NCBI GenBank assembly: GCA_020725385.1
Contig: DYFC01000032.1
Span: forward strand, 51,091-115,090
Reading direction: 5' to 3'
DNA from: Nitrospira japonica
GTDB lineage: Bacteria > Nitrospirota > Thermodesulfovibrionia > Thermodesulfovibrionales > SM23-35
DNA: 64,000 bases
Under the pieces are notes generated by a model. It was not told where the DNA came from. It saw only the letters and a list, made by a program, of their open reading frames with translations, and did not search any database. Shown piece after piece: positions 16,999 to 27,919 of this stretch (position 1 is its first letter; the number at the start of each line of letters is the position of its first letter). The translations under genes were made by a program, and so were the position numbers.

Positions 16999-18663
16999 TT
17001 ATTTTGACCATGATAATGAGTTATTTATATAATATGACAATTCTGAATAAACCATCTCGATTACCGAATCCCAGTCACCGGGTTTAGGCTGGCGAAACAA
17101 CTTCATCGTTGGGTACCACGGACTATCATCTCTATTAATCATCCATCTCCAATCAGATGAAAATGGCAATAATGTCCAGACTTTTTTGCCTAAAGCACCT
17201 GCAAGATGCACTATTACTGTATCCACCGATATGACAAGATCGAGATTTTCAATTAAAGCTGCTGTATCTGAAAAATCTTTTATGTCTTCCGTTAAATCAA
17301 TAATATTAATTCCTTCCGGTTTCTCAATTTTTTTCAAAGAAGACGCGCCTACCTGTAGGCTATAAAATTCAACATTCTTTAACTTGAATAAAGGCAAAAA
17401 TTTTTCTAAAGGGCATGACCTATTTTTATCATTTTCGTGCTCCGGATTCCCTGCCCATGTTAAACCAACTTTGAAATGCTTTTCTGAATTTAATTTATTC
17501 CTCCAATAGTTGATAAGAACTTGAGCAACTGATATGTAAGGAACATCCGATGGTATATTATTTAAATCTGTTCTAAAAATCAAAGGCAATTTACTAAGAG
17601 TGCAATGAAAATCAAATTCAGGTAATTGTTCTTTATAACTATAAACCCCGGCGATCCCCTTAACATTTTCCATTATTGATTTAAGAGATTCAGAACATAA
17701 AAGGACTATTTTTACACCTTTGTTAGCAACTATATTACAATATCTAACAAATTGTATCGTGTCACCGAACCCCTGTTCTTCGTAAAGCAATAAACAACAA
17801 TCATTTATAGTTCCTTCCCATTCCGGTTCTTTAAATTCGAAAGAGTGATTTTTTAATTTTGTTCTCCATTGATACTCTATCCATCCTTCTTCAAAATTAC
17901 CAATACTTAAAAGTGCAAATGCAAGATCAAAATGTATTTCTGCTAAATTGTAATTCAAAGATATGGCTTTTTTATAATATTTTATGGCTTCTTCAATTAG
18001 TCCCTTATTATGGAGCAATATGCCGATATTATGATATAAATCTATATTTGCCGGTTCTAATTGTAATGCTTTTTTATAAAGTATTATAGCTTCGTCATTC
18101 TGTTCTCTTTCTTTAAGAATATTTGCAAGGTTATAATATGCTGCTGTGAATCTCGGATTCAATTTAATAGCATTGCGATAAGATATTATGGCTTCCTCTA
18201 TAAACCCCATATCATAAAATGCATTTCCAAGATTGAAGTGCACATTAAAAAGGTTTGGATTTATCTGAATCGCTTTTTGGTAACATTTAATTGCATCATT
18301 AAGCCGGCCTATTTCTTGATATAAAACACCGAGGTTATAAAAGGCGTCAACAAAATCAGGGTAATAATTGATAGCTTTCTGGTAGCAATCTATTGCTTCA
18401 TTGTAGCATTTGTTATCACGATAAATATTTGCAAGGTTATAAAAAGCATGGTAATTTGAAGGGTTAATATTGATAGTTTTTTTAATAAGCCTAACAGCGG
18501 AGTCGAAATCGCCCCTTGCTGCGTAAATGAGTCCTAACATATGAAGTATATCAACATTGTCAGGTTGTTTTTTTAGTATTCTTTTATAGAGAATTTCAGC
18601 CTGCGAGAGATCTCCGTTTCGATGGTACTCTAAAGCTGTATAAATCATTCTATTTATGTTCAT
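16999..18663 (-). CDS. TPR-repeat protein with a C-terminal glycosyltransferase family 9-like domain
   Basis: 554 aa. About 7 TPR units in the N-terminal half. The C-terminal half has GFGDTIQFVRY ... VISVDTVIVHLAGALGKKVWTLLPFSSDWRW...SPWYPTMKLFRQ. Confidence 0.8.
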   Translation of the reverse strand: MNINRMIYTALEYHRNGDLSQAEILYKRILKKQPDNVDILHMLGLIYAARGDFDSAVRLIKKTININPSNYHAFYNLANIYRDNKCYNEAIDCYQKAINYYPDFVDAFYNLGVLYQEIGRLNDAIKCYQKAIQINPNLFNVHFNLGNAFYDMGFIEEAIISYRNAIKLNPRFTAAYYNLANILKEREQNDEAIILYKKALQLEPANIDLYHNIGILLHNKGLIEEAIKYYKKAISLNYNLAEIHFDLAFALLSIGNFEEGWIEYQWRTKLKNHSFEFKEPEWEGTINDCCLLLYEEQGFGDTIQFVRYCNIVANKGVKIVLLCSESLKSIMENVKGIAGVYSYKEQLPEFDFHCTLSKLPLIFRTDLNNIPSDVPYISVAQVLINYWRNKLNSEKHFKVGLTWAGNPEHENDKNRSCPLEKFLPLFKLKNVEFYSLQVGASSLKKIEKPEGINIIDLTEDIKDFSDTAALIENLDLVISVDTVIVHLAGALGKKVWTLLPFSSDWRWMINRDDSPWYPTMKLFRQPKPGDWDSVIEMVYSELSYYINNSLSWSK

Positions 18664-18952
18664 GGTTTTGAATTATTATATAACAGGTTGTTATATTCTT
18701 TTAACCCGGATAATACAGATATTGACCCAAAAAACGTGAAGTATAAAAGGCAAATTGTAAACAGTCAGTTTATCATTCTCGGTCTGGCTTGCCCCGGGAA
18801 TCTATAAAACTCAAAATCGGACCTGGGTGATTAAAAAGAAAAATGGAAAATTTTTGCTAAAAGAAAGAGAAATATTTGATAATATAAACATTATGATTCT
18901 AAACGCTTTAATCGCATATTTAGAGTAAAATGAGCTATTAAGGAAGGATTAG

Positions 18953-21436
18953 ATGCAAAACAAAAAGGAAAATCCAGAATCACCGGATAAGTATAAAGCA
19001 AATTTTAATGAAAAGACAGATGTACAGGCGATTAAACAATCAATTTTAAATAATCTTTTTTATAATCTCGCAAGACTCCCGCATTCTGCTACTGTTAATG
19101 ACTGGTATCTTGCTGTCTCTTATACAATCAGAGACATGATGGTTAAAAGGTGGGTTAATTCAGTTCAGGAATTTACTGAAGATGTAAAGGTTGTTGTTTT
19201 GTTATCCGATGAATTTCTTTTAGGTCCACAGCTTGAAATGAATATAATTAATCTTGATGTTTATTCAGAAATATCTCAAGCGGTTCTGGAATTAGGACTC
19301 AATCTGAATGAAATTACAATGGCAGAGATTGAACCGGGTCTCGGATCTGGAAGAACCGGAAGTTTTGCAGCTTCCTCTTGTGATTCACTCGCTACACTCG
19401 GGATTCCTGCTATAGGATACGGTATCAGGTATGAATTTGGACAATTTGAACAGGATTTTCAAGACGGGTGGCAGATTGAAAAAACAGGCAAATGGCTTGC
19501 TTCGGGAAATCCCTGGGAGATTTTGAGGAGCGATATTTCTTATACAGTAAAACTTGGTGGTAGCACGGAATCATATTATGATAAACATAATAATTTCAAA
19601 GTTAAATGGACGCCGAAATTTGCTATAAAAGGAATCGCTTATGATGTTCCTGTCACAGGTTATAAGACCGATAAAATAAATTTACTTCGTCTCTGGAAGG
19701 CCGAAGCTATTGAATCTTTTGATTATGATGCTTTCAATATAGGGGATTACCTAAGCCGTTTGAATGAAAAAATTGCCTCTGAATCAATAGGAAAAATTCT
19801 TTATCCCGATGATGAGCCATATCTCGGAAAGCACCTTAGATTGTCCCAGCAATACTTTTTCGTCTCCTGTAGCCTTCAGGATTTGATCCGCCTCCATCTT
19901 TTGCGGTGGAAAAACATACATTCATTCTCTGACTCGTTTGCGATTCAGTTGAATAGTGCAAATCCGGCAATAGCAGTTGCAGAATTAATGAGACTCTTAA
20001 TTGATGAACACGGGGTTGATTGGGATAAAGCATGGTATATTACACAGAATAGTTTTTCATATACCAATTATGCTGTTGTTCAGGAGGCTCTTAAAAAGTG
20101 GCCGTTGCCTGTGTTTGCAAGCATCCTTCCAAGACATCTTGAAATTATTTATGAAATAAACAAAAGGTTTTTAGATGAGATATGGCTGAAATATCCGAAT
20201 AACAATGAAAAACTCTCAAGTCTTTCAATAATTGATGAAAGTGACCAGAAATATGTGAAAATGGCACATCTTGCTTCTCTTGGCAGTCATATTATTTGTG
20301 GCATCTCGGAAAATCACACTAAATTACTAAAAGAAACACTTATCCCAGATATTTATGAACTCTACCCCGAGAGGTTTCGCAATATCACAGGTGGTGTCAC
20401 ACATAGAAGATGGTTGCTTTTAAGTAATCCAGAACTTGCCGGGCTTATTTCCAGGACAATTGGAGAGAAATGGATAAAAAACTTTGGTGAAATTAAACAT
20501 CTTGAAGCTTTCTCAAATGACCCGGAACTTATAAAAAAATGGCAGGAAGTAAGATTCAGTAATAAAAATAAACTTGCGACTCTTATTAAACAACATAATG
20601 GCAATTTAATTGATAATTCAGCAATTTTTAATGTGCAGGCCGGTAAGATACATGAACAAAAAAGACAGCATTTGAATTTATTACATATAATAACTCTCTA
20701 TAACCGCATAAAGAAGAACCCGGGAATTGATTTAAATCCACGTGTCTTTATCTTCAGCGGAAAAGCAGCACCCGGATATTTCATTGCAAATCTTATTGTT
20801 AAACTTATAAATTCTGTTGCTGAAATAATCAACAAAGACCTTGATGTTGCCGGAAGGCTTAAAGTTTTTTTCCTGCCGGATCTTAATGTTAAGAAAGCAC
20901 AGATAATTTTTCCAGCTACTGATATTGCGGTGCAGATCTCAACAGCAGGCAAGGAATCGTTTTCTTCGAGTCTAATTAAGTTCTTAATGAATGGTGCGCT
21001 GGCTATTAGCACATTTAATGGTGGAATAGATGAAATTTACAGAGAAATTGGAGATGATAATTTCTTTAGGTTTGGGTTAAGTCCACAACAGATAAGTGAA
21101 AAGAAAACCGGCGGATATAATCCAATGGAATACTATAATTCTAACTTCGAACTCAAAGAAGCAATAGATTTAATAAGTTCTGGATTCTTCTTCAAGAAAG
21201 ACCCGGCGCTTTTTAAACCATTAATTGACTCTTTGTTATGTAGGGATGAACAAATGGTACTTGCGGATTATCAATCATACATTGAGAGTCAGACACTTGT
21301 AGAGAAGATATTCAAAGACAAGAAAGCCTGGACAAAAAGGTCAATATTAACAGTAGCCGGAACAGGCTATTTTTCATCCGATCGTATGATTTCAGAGTAC
21401 AATAATTTAATCTGGTATGCATCAGCGAACCCTTAA
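18953..21436 (+). CDS. glgP: Alpha-glucan (glycogen/maltodextrin) phosphorylase homolog, GT35, with divergent catalytic motifs
   Basis: 827 aa, full-length architecture: GNPWE, LRLWKA, KILYPDD..GKHLRLSQQYF, KIHEQKRQHLNLLHI, GKAAPGY. Several near-invariant motifs are altered (see findings). Confidence 0.85.
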   Translation: MQNKKENPESPDKYKANFNEKTDVQAIKQSILNNLFYNLARLPHSATVNDWYLAVSYTIRDMMVKRWVNSVQEFTEDVKVVVLLSDEFLLGPQLEMNIINLDVYSEISQAVLELGLNLNEITMAEIEPGLGSGRTGSFAASSCDSLATLGIPAIGYGIRYEFGQFEQDFQDGWQIEKTGKWLASGNPWEILRSDISYTVKLGGSTESYYDKHNNFKVKWTPKFAIKGIAYDVPVTGYKTDKINLLRLWKAEAIESFDYDAFNIGDYLSRLNEKIASESIGKILYPDDEPYLGKHLRLSQQYFFVSCSLQDLIRLHLLRWKNIHSFSDSFAIQLNSANPAIAVAELMRLLIDEHGVDWDKAWYITQNSFSYTNYAVVQEALKKWPLPVFASILPRHLEIIYEINKRFLDEIWLKYPNNNEKLSSLSIIDESDQKYVKMAHLASLGSHIICGISENHTKLLKETLIPDIYELYPERFRNITGGVTHRRWLLLSNPELAGLISRTIGEKWIKNFGEIKHLEAFSNDPELIKKWQEVRFSNKNKLATLIKQHNGNLIDNSAIFNVQAGKIHEQKRQHLNLLHIITLYNRIKKNPGIDLNPRVFIFSGKAAPGYFIANLIVKLINSVAEIINKDLDVAGRLKVFFLPDLNVKKAQIIFPATDIAVQISTAGKESFSSSLIKFLMNGALAISTFNGGIDEIYREIGDDNFFRFGLSPQQISEKKTGGYNPMEYYNSNFELKEAIDLISSGFFFKKDPALFKPLIDSLLCRDEQMVLADYQSYIESQTLVEKIFKDKKAWTKRSILTVAGTGYFSSDRMISEYNNLIWYASANP

Positions 21437-21461
21437 CCCTGTGTACCCGAATGTGGAGGGG

Positions 21462-21490
21462 GAGGGGCCTTTTAGGGGGAAAGGCCCCTC
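21462..21490. terminator. GC-rich hairpin between the convergent glgP and ftsZ genes
   Basis: gaggggccttt-taggggg-aaaggcccctc, an 11-bp perfect stem. There is no clear U-tract on either side, so a terminator or stabiliser role is inferred only. Confidence 0.45.
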
Positions 21491-21502
21491 TCTGGAGGGA
21501 AA

Positions 21503-22681
21503 TTATGCTTCCTGTTGGGGTTGGGGAGCTTTTCGCAAAAATGTCGGGACGTCAATATGATCGTCGTACGACATTATGTCAGACGTTTTTAAATCAATGC
21601 CGTATTTTGTTTTGAGATCCTTTGATAAAACCCTTTCAGAACCTCTCAAGCTAATCGTCTGTTTTACCGGCTGGGGTGCTGGAGTCCATTTCTTAACCTG
21701 CGGCAGGTCAACTTTTTCTTTCTGGTCATTGAATCCTGTTGCTATAACCGTTACCCTAACTTCATCTGTTATATCAGGATCAATAACTGCACCGAATATT
21801 AAATGGACTTCTTCATGTGCGGAATCATAAATGTAAGAAACAGCTTCCTGCACATCATTAAGGGCAAGTTCCATTCCTCCTGTTATATTAACTAAAATTC
21901 CTTTTGCGCCTTCGATAGATGATTCTTCAAGTAATGGGTTTAATATGGCTTTTTTAGCTGCATCAAGTGCGCCTGTGTCTCCTCTGCCAACACCTGTTCC
22001 CATTACACCTCTACCCTGATTCTGAATAATAGTTTTCACGTCTGCAAAGTCAACATTTATAAGACCGGGAATAAGAATAATATCAGAAATTCCCTGTACC
22101 GCTTGTTTTAAAACATCATTTGCTACAGCAAAGGATTTAAGCAAAGGAGTGCCTTTTTCAACTACAAGCCCTATTTTATCGTTTGGTATTACTATCAAAG
22201 TATCGACGTATTTACGAAGTTCTTTAATGCCTTCCTCAGCATTGTTGTATCTGATTTTACCTTCATAGAAAAAAGGTCTTGTTATTACAGCGATAGTAAT
22301 CGCACCAAGATCTCTTGCAATGCTTGCAATAACAGGACCCGCGCCTGTACCTGTCCCTCCTCCCATTCCTGCAGTAATGAAGACCATGTCAGAACCTTCA
22401 AGATATTCGGCAATCAAACTGCTGTCTTCAAGTGCAGCTTCTCTGCCAATCTGGGGATTAGAGCCGGCGCCAAGACCTCTTGTAAGATTTGCTCCAATCT
22501 GAACTTTTACGGGAGCAAGTGAGGTTTCAAGAGCCTGCATATCTGTATTTATTGCTATAAATTCAACTCCATGCAGGTTGCCTGCTATCATGTTATTAAT
22601 AGCATTCCCTCCTGCTCCTCCAACACCTACTACTTTGATTTTTGCTGCCTGTCCTTTTGTTTCTTCAATTTCGAATATCAT
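21503..22681 (-). CDS. ftsZ: Cell division protein FtsZ
   Basis: 392 aa. [26 protein letters not shown]. Confidence 0.97.
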   Translation of the reverse strand: MIFEIEETKGQAAKIKVVGVGGAGGNAINNMIAGNLHGVEFIAINTDMQALETSLAPVKVQIGANLTRGLGAGSNPQIGREAALEDSSLIAEYLEGSDMVFITAGMGGGTGTGAGPVIASIARDLGAITIAVITRPFFYEGKIRYNNAEEGIKELRKYVDTLIVIPNDKIGLVVEKGTPLLKSFAVANDVLKQAVQGISDIILIPGLINVDFADVKTIIQNQGRGVMGTGVGRGDTGALDAAKKAILNPLLEESSIEGAKGILVNITGGMELALNDVQEAVSYIYDSAHEEVHLIFGAVIDPDITDEVRVTVIATGFNDQKEKVDLPQVKKWTPAPQPVKQTISLRGSERVLSKDLKTKYGIDLKTSDIMSYDDHIDVPTFLRKAPQPQQEA

Positions 22682-22708
22682 CTTTCCCCTCCTTCTTTAA
22701 ATTTATTT

Positions 22709-23932
22709 TCATCTGAAAATTCCTTTAACCCAATCTTTCATTTTTCCGAATATACCTGTAAATGTTGCAGGATAAATTTCCACATCTTTTTCTTCATTGT
22801 AACCATAAAGAACCAGACCTATTCCTGTTGAGTACATGGGATTACCCGTAATTTCTTTCGGACCGTAAATTTTTAACGGCATCCCTATCCTTACAGGAAG
22901 CCCAAATATTTCTGCAGCAAGTATATCAATGCCAGAAAGTAAAGAGCCCCCTCCTGTTAGGACAACTCCTGATGATGCAACTTCATATCCCGAACATGTT
23001 TTTAATTCATTGCTTATAATTTCTATCAGTTCTTCTGTTCGTGAATAAATAATTTCGCATAGTTGTAATCTTGGTATGACTGCTATTTCACCTGACCGTG
23101 AAATCTTTATTTCCTCGGCTTCATCAATTGCTGTTAAAACAGCATGACCGTATTTCTTCTTTATCTTTTCAGCTTCATTGATCGATATACCGAGTCCTAC
23201 AGCTATATCGTTTGTAAAATGGTTTCCTCCAACAGCAAGAACAGATGTATGTCTCAGCCATCCATCCCTGTAAAGGATTACATCTGTCGTACCACCACCA
23301 ATATCTACAACAGCAACACCGAATTCTTTTTCTTCTTCTGTTAATATTGCTTCAGCAGAAGCAAGGGGCTCAAATATAATGTCTATTACCTCAAGTCCTG
23401 CTTTTTCGCAGCATTTAAGTAAATTCTGAACAGATGTAATTGCCCCGGTAAGAATATATACTTTTGCCTCAAGCTTTGTACCAATCATTCCGACAGGATC
23501 TTTTATGCCATTTAACCCATCAAGACTATATCCGGTTGGAATTACATGTAAGACTTCTCTATCAAGTGGAACATATACTGCTTTCGCAGAATCAATAACT
23601 CTTTCAACATCATCATTTGTGACTTCTTTTCCACGCACACCTGAAGCACCAACACTGTTAAATCCCTTGATATGACCTCCTGAGATTCCAACATAAACAG
23701 AGTTTATTTCAACTCCTGAAACACTTTCTGCTGTTTCAACTGCCTTGCGTATAGAGTTAATAGTTGCCTCAATATTAACTACAACTCCTTTTCTAAGTCC
23801 TGTTGATGGCGATGAACTGACACCGAGTATCTCAATCTTATTGTTTATTACTTCACCGACAACAACACATATCTTTGTTGTGCCAACATCAAGTCCAACA
23901 ATTATGTTTCCATGTGAGATTCTACTACCCAT
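22709..23932 (-). CDS. ftsA: Cell division protein FtsA
   Basis: 407 aa. Actin-like ATPase: VGLDVGTTKICVVV, DIGGGTTD, LTGGGSLL. Confidence 0.95.
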   Translation of the reverse strand: MGSRISHGNIIVGLDVGTTKICVVVGEVINNKIEILGVSSSPSTGLRKGVVVNIEATINSIRKAVETAESVSGVEINSVYVGISGGHIKGFNSVGASGVRGKEVTNDDVERVIDSAKAVYVPLDREVLHVIPTGYSLDGLNGIKDPVGMIGTKLEAKVYILTGAITSVQNLLKCCEKAGLEVIDIIFEPLASAEAILTEEEKEFGVAVVDIGGGTTDVILYRDGWLRHTSVLAVGGNHFTNDIAVGLGISINEAEKIKKKYGHAVLTAIDEAEEIKISRSGEIAVIPRLQLCEIIYSRTEELIEIISNELKTCSGYEVASSGVVLTGGGSLLSGIDILAAEIFGLPVRIGMPLKIYGPKEITGNPMYSTGIGLVLYGYNEEKDVEIYPATFTGIFGKMKDWVKGIFR

Positions 23933-24687
23933 TATTTAATTACCTTTTCAATTACAGGTTTTACAAATGCTCTGCCTGAAAATCTGAGGTCAATATAAGC
24001 AACATTTATACCCATATTTTTTATGTCCTCTTCAAGCTTGAGTAATTTATCAAGCTTTTCTTCATATTGTCCTTCACCGATTTTTACTTCAAGTCCGTCA
24101 ATTACTGCTGTTATTTCATGAGGCTTATATGCTTTAATCTCTATGTGTTCTCTTTGCGTTGACAGACCTTTGCGATTCATTGCATTTGCAAGATTAATTG
24201 CTTCTTTGAGCCCCTGTTTGTCCCTGAACGGATCACCTGTTATTACAGGAAGAAAAGGAACCGATTTATTCTTAATCTCTTCAAGAAGATTACCCTGATC
24301 ATCTATAAGGAAAAGATGTTCGTTCATCTCAAGAAGTGCAAAAGGCTCTGCTTCTTTGATTGTCATTAAAAGAGTGTCAGGGAATATTTTTTTAATATTC
24401 ACTGATTTTATCCATGGTGATTTCAACATTCTGTTGCAAATATCTTCGCCTGAGAACGAAAGGAGGCTATCACCCTTTTTGATGCATGAAAATGTTCTTA
24501 GTTCATCATCTGTAAGATGTTTGTTCCCTGAAAAAAGAAAATGTTTTACCGGAAATATAAATTTAAACGGGTTTGAATAAATTAGAAGATACAAAGAAAC
24601 TGCAGCAGATATTATCAGTATCATAGAAACTGCATTCCTTGCTATTATTAGAATATTCCTGTGTTTCTTAAATCTATTTATTTTCAT
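23932..24687 (-). CDS. ftsQ: Cell division protein FtsQ (POTRA domain)
   Basis: 251 aa. N-terminal TM segment, POTRA-like region, and position between ddl and ftsA. Confidence 0.85.
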   Translation of the reverse strand: MKINRFKKHRNILIIARNAVSMILIISAAVSLYLLIYSNPFKFIFPVKHFLFSGNKHLTDDELRTFSCIKKGDSLLSFSGEDICNRMLKSPWIKSVNIKKIFPDTLLMTIKEAEPFALLEMNEHLFLIDDQGNLLEEIKNKSVPFLPVITGDPFRDKQGLKEAINLANAMNRKGLSTQREHIEIKAYKPHEITAVIDGLEVKIGEGQYEEKLDKLLKLEEDIKNMGINVAYIDLRFSGRAFVKPVIEKVIK

Positions 24688-25591
24688 CTTCTATGCTTTT
24701 CAAAATCTCTTCAACCAATTCTTGAAAACTCAAACCTGCTTGCATAGCTATCTTTGGAAGCAGGCTTGTTTCTGTCATTCCGGGTATCGTATTTACTTCA
24801 AGCACAAATGGATTACCTTTGTTGTCTATCCTTAAATCGACTCTTGTAGCTCCTCTACAGCCGAGAGCAAGATGGGCTTTTAAAGCTTCTTCTGCTGCTC
24901 TTTCATAAACATTTTGTTCAAGTTCGGGAGGAAGTATATATTGAGTAAGACCTGCTGTATATTTTGCTTCATAACTGTAAAACTCCAGCGATGGCCTGAC
25001 TTCTACTCCACCAAGAATTTTGTTTCTTAAGATACCTATCTGAACTTCTTTTCCTTCTATATATTTTTCGATAATCACCCGATTCCCAAAAGAAAATGCA
25101 TTTTCAAGAGCAGCACCAAGTTTTTCCTTGTCTTTTAAGATAGTAACACCGATGCTTGAGCCTTCTGTTGCCGGTTTAACAACCCATGGCATTTCGAAAG
25201 GCACATCAAATTTAATAGAAGGTTTTTTTATGATGATAAATTCAGGAACCTGAACTTTATGATATATAAAAATCTGTTTTGATGCTTCTTTATCCATTGC
25301 GAGTGCAGATGCAAGCACGCCGGAACCTGTATAAGGAATGTCCATAACTTCAAGCATTCCCTGAACAGCTCCATTCTCACCCCATCCGCCATGTAGAACA
25401 GGAAATGCTATTTCAATGCCTTCTTTAATTAATAAAGCACATAAATCTTTTTGAGCATCTATTAAAACCACATTATAGCCCATGTTTTTTAATGCATTAA
25501 AAACTGCTGTACCACTTCTTAGAGATACTTCTCTTTCAGCCGAGATCCCTCCAAATAATACACCTATTTTTTTATCCTTCAACAAACTCAT
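24674..25591 (-). CDS. ddl: D-alanine--D-alanine ligase
   Basis: 305 aa. [22 protein letters not shown]-grasp C-terminal EVNTIPGMT. Confidence 0.95.
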   Translation of the reverse strand: MSLLKDKKIGVLFGGISAEREVSLRSGTAVFNALKNMGYNVVLIDAQKDLCALLIKEGIEIAFPVLHGGWGENGAVQGMLEVMDIPYTGSGVLASALAMDKEASKQIFIYHKVQVPEFIIIKKPSIKFDVPFEMPWVVKPATEGSSIGVTILKDKEKLGAALENAFSFGNRVIIEKYIEGKEVQIGILRNKILGGVEVRPSLEFYSYEAKYTAGLTQYILPPELEQNVYERAAEEALKAHLALGCRGATRVDLRIDNKGNPFVLEVNTIPGMTETSLLPKIAMQAGLSFQELVEEILKSIEDENK

Positions 25592-26510
25592 CTCTCCCTA
25601 TTATTTTTATTTCCGGTTCAAGAATAAGTCCTGTCTTTTTTTTAACTTTATATGAAACAATTTCCATAAGTTTCAGAAAATCAGCAGCTTTTGCTCTGCC
25701 CCTGTTTATAAAAAAGTTCGCATGTAAATTGCTGACTTCAACATCTCCAACCCTTAGTCCTTTACACCCTGCTTCTTCTATTAATTGTCCTGCATAAAAT
25801 CCAGGAGGATTTTTAAATACGCATCCTGCTGATGGCTCCCAGATAGGTTGTTTCTCTTTTTTAATTTTCAGAAAATTTTCAATGTTTTTGGTAATCTCTT
25901 CTTTATCGCCTTTTTTTAGTTTTATCTCAGCACCGATAATTATATTCCCCGAATTTATTCCGGAAGTTCTGTATCCAAAGTTAAGAGAATCCGTGGTAAA
26001 TCTTTTTATTAAACCTGCTTCATTCATAATGTCGATTGAATAAAGAATATCTTTTATTTCACGTCCAAAAGAGCCTGCATTCCCGTATATCGCTCCTCCG
26101 ATAGTGCCCGGAATTCCTGCAAGTTCCTCGGTTCCTGAGTATCCATTTTCTTTGCAATAAGTAATAAAACGTTGTAATAAAACTCCTGATCCGGTATAGA
26201 TTATTACTGAATCTCCATCTTCTTTTATCCTGGTTATATTTTTAAACGACTTTAATGATATTACCGCGCCTTCGATCCCGTTATCCCTGACAAGAATATT
26301 TGTTCCGCCACCCAGGGCGATAAAGGGGATCCCGTTATTCTTTAAATTGATTAAAAGCCCGATTAATGAAGGAATATCAGCCGGCAAAGCATATATATCG
26401 GCATTGCCCCCTATTCTTAAAGATGTGTGACTGCTCATTGGTTCCATGAACTTAACTTCACCCTCAAAAAGGCTACCCGAAAATATTTTTCTAAATTCGA
26501 GTTCAACCAT
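25572..26510 (-). CDS. murB: UDP-N-acetylenolpyruvoylglucosamine reductase
   Basis: 312 aa. FAD-binding [18 protein letters not shown]. Confidence 0.93.
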   Translation of the reverse strand: MVELEFRKIFSGSLFEGEVKFMEPMSSHTSLRIGGNADIYALPADIPSLIGLLINLKNNGIPFIALGGGTNILVRDNGIEGAVISLKSFKNITRIKEDGDSVIIYTGSGVLLQRFITYCKENGYSGTEELAGIPGTIGGAIYGNAGSFGREIKDILYSIDIMNEAGLIKRFTTDSLNFGYRTSGINSGNIIIGAEIKLKKGDKEEITKNIENFLKIKKEKQPIWEPSAGCVFKNPPGFYAGQLIEEAGCKGLRVGDVEVSNLHANFFINRGRAKAADFLKLMEIVSYKVKKKTGLILEPEIKIIGRDEFVEG

Positions 26511-27919
26511 TATCTGAAATCTTTCCTGTTTAATATATGAAGAATTTCTTCACCTATCTTCCAGACATCGCCAGCCCCGAGTGTGAGAAGGACATCTCCT
26601 TCTTTTAATTCTGATGCGATTTGCAAGGCTGCATTCTGCCTGTTCTGTAAATAAAAGACATCATTCATGCCTTTATTTTTTATGCTTTCAACAAGTCTAT
26701 CCGAGTTTACCCCTTCAATAGGTTTTTCTCCTGCAGGATATATATCAATAACAAAAAGTCTGTCTGCATCATTAAAGGATTCGGAAAATTCATCCATAAG
26801 ATCAGTTGTTCTTGAATAACGGTGAGGCTGAAATAATACAACAAGACTTCCAGATTTTCTATTTAATGGCAGGTTCTCGAAAATACCTTCTTTGACTGCT
26901 CTTAAAGTCGCTTTTATTTCAGCAGGATGATGGCCGTAATCATCATAAATCATAATTCCATTTTGTTCGCCTTTAAATTCAAGTCTCCTCTGTATGCCGC
27001 TGAAATTTTTTAATGCGTTTTTGATTATTTCTATATCCATCTTTAAAGTTAGACCGCAGCCGATTGCTGCAAGTGCATTCAAGACATTATGAATACCCGG
27101 CAAGCAAATCTTAAATTCACCGAGATATTTGCCCTTATGGAAGACGTCAAAATTTATGGACATGAAACCTTTTTTAATATTTACTGCCCGCAATTCAGCT
27201 TCTTCTGAAAAACCATATGTCATATACTTTCTATGTATAGAAGGCAAAAGTTCTTTTATATGCTGATTTTCAATACAAACTATTGCTGTTCCATAAAATG
27301 GCACTTTATTTATAAATTCAAGAAAAGCCTTTTTCAGGGAATCCATATTCTTGAAAAAATCCATATGTTCCCTGTCAATATTTGTAACAACTCCGATAGT
27401 TGGTGAAAGTTTCAGGAAAGAGCCATCACTTTCATCAGCTTCTGCAACAAGAAATTCACCTTTACCCAGCACAGCATTCTTGCCTGTAGCCTTAAGCCTT
27501 CCACCAATAACAACTGTTGGGTCAAAATTTCCTTCTGTCAATAAAGTTGATATTAATGAGGTAGTCGTTGTTTTTCCGTGCGCTCCGGCAACAAGCACTG
27601 AATATTTCAAACGGGCTAATTCAGCTAACATTTCTGCTCTTGGTATAACAGGTATTGATTTTTTCTTTGCTTCGAGAACCTCTGGATTATCATCTTTAAC
27701 AGCAGAAGAAATAACGAGAACATGTGCATCATCAACATTTTTTCCATCATGTCCTATGTAAATTTTTATTCCGAGAGTCTGAAGCCTTTTTGTTGTTTGA
27801 GACTCATTCAAATCAGAACCTGTTACTTCATACCCGAGATTGTGAAGTAGTTCAGCGATACCCGACATTCCGATACCACCTATACCAACAAAATGTATTA
27901 TTCTATACCGTTCAAACAC
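26510..27919 (-). CDS. murC: UDP-N-acetylmuramate--L-alanine ligase
   Basis: 469 aa. HFVGIGGIGMSGIAE, GAHGKTTTTS. GTG start at 27919. Confidence 0.95.
   Translation of the reverse strand: MFERYRIIHFVGIGGIGMSGIAELLHNLGYEVTGSDLNESQTTKRLQTLGIKIYIGHDGKNVDDAHVLVISSAVKDDNPEVLEAKKKSIPVIPRAEMLAELARLKYSVLVAGAHGKTTTTSLISTLLTEGNFDPTVVIGGRLKATGKNAVLGKGEFLVAEADESDGSFLKLSPTIGVVTNIDREHMDFFKNMDSLKKAFLEFINKVPFYGTAIVCIENQHIKELLPSIHRKYMTYGFSEEAELRAVNIKKGFMSINFDVFHKGKYLGEFKICLPGIHNVLNALAAIGCGLTLKMDIEIIKNALKNFSGIQRRLEFKGEQNGIMIYDDYGHHPAEIKATLRAVKEGIFENLPLNRKSGSLVVLFQPHRYSRTTDLMDEFSESFNDADRLFVIDIYPAGEKPIEGVNSDRLVESIKNKGMNDVFYLQNRQNAALQIASELKEGDVLLTLGAGDVWKIGEEILHILNRKDFR

Noticed and set aside
18664-18952. Possible small RNA or riboswitch in the 289-nt TPR-glgP divergent spacer.
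   Set aside because: I could not find a convincing conserved-looking structure, promoter-terminator pair or known motif. It is most simply divergent promoter DNA.
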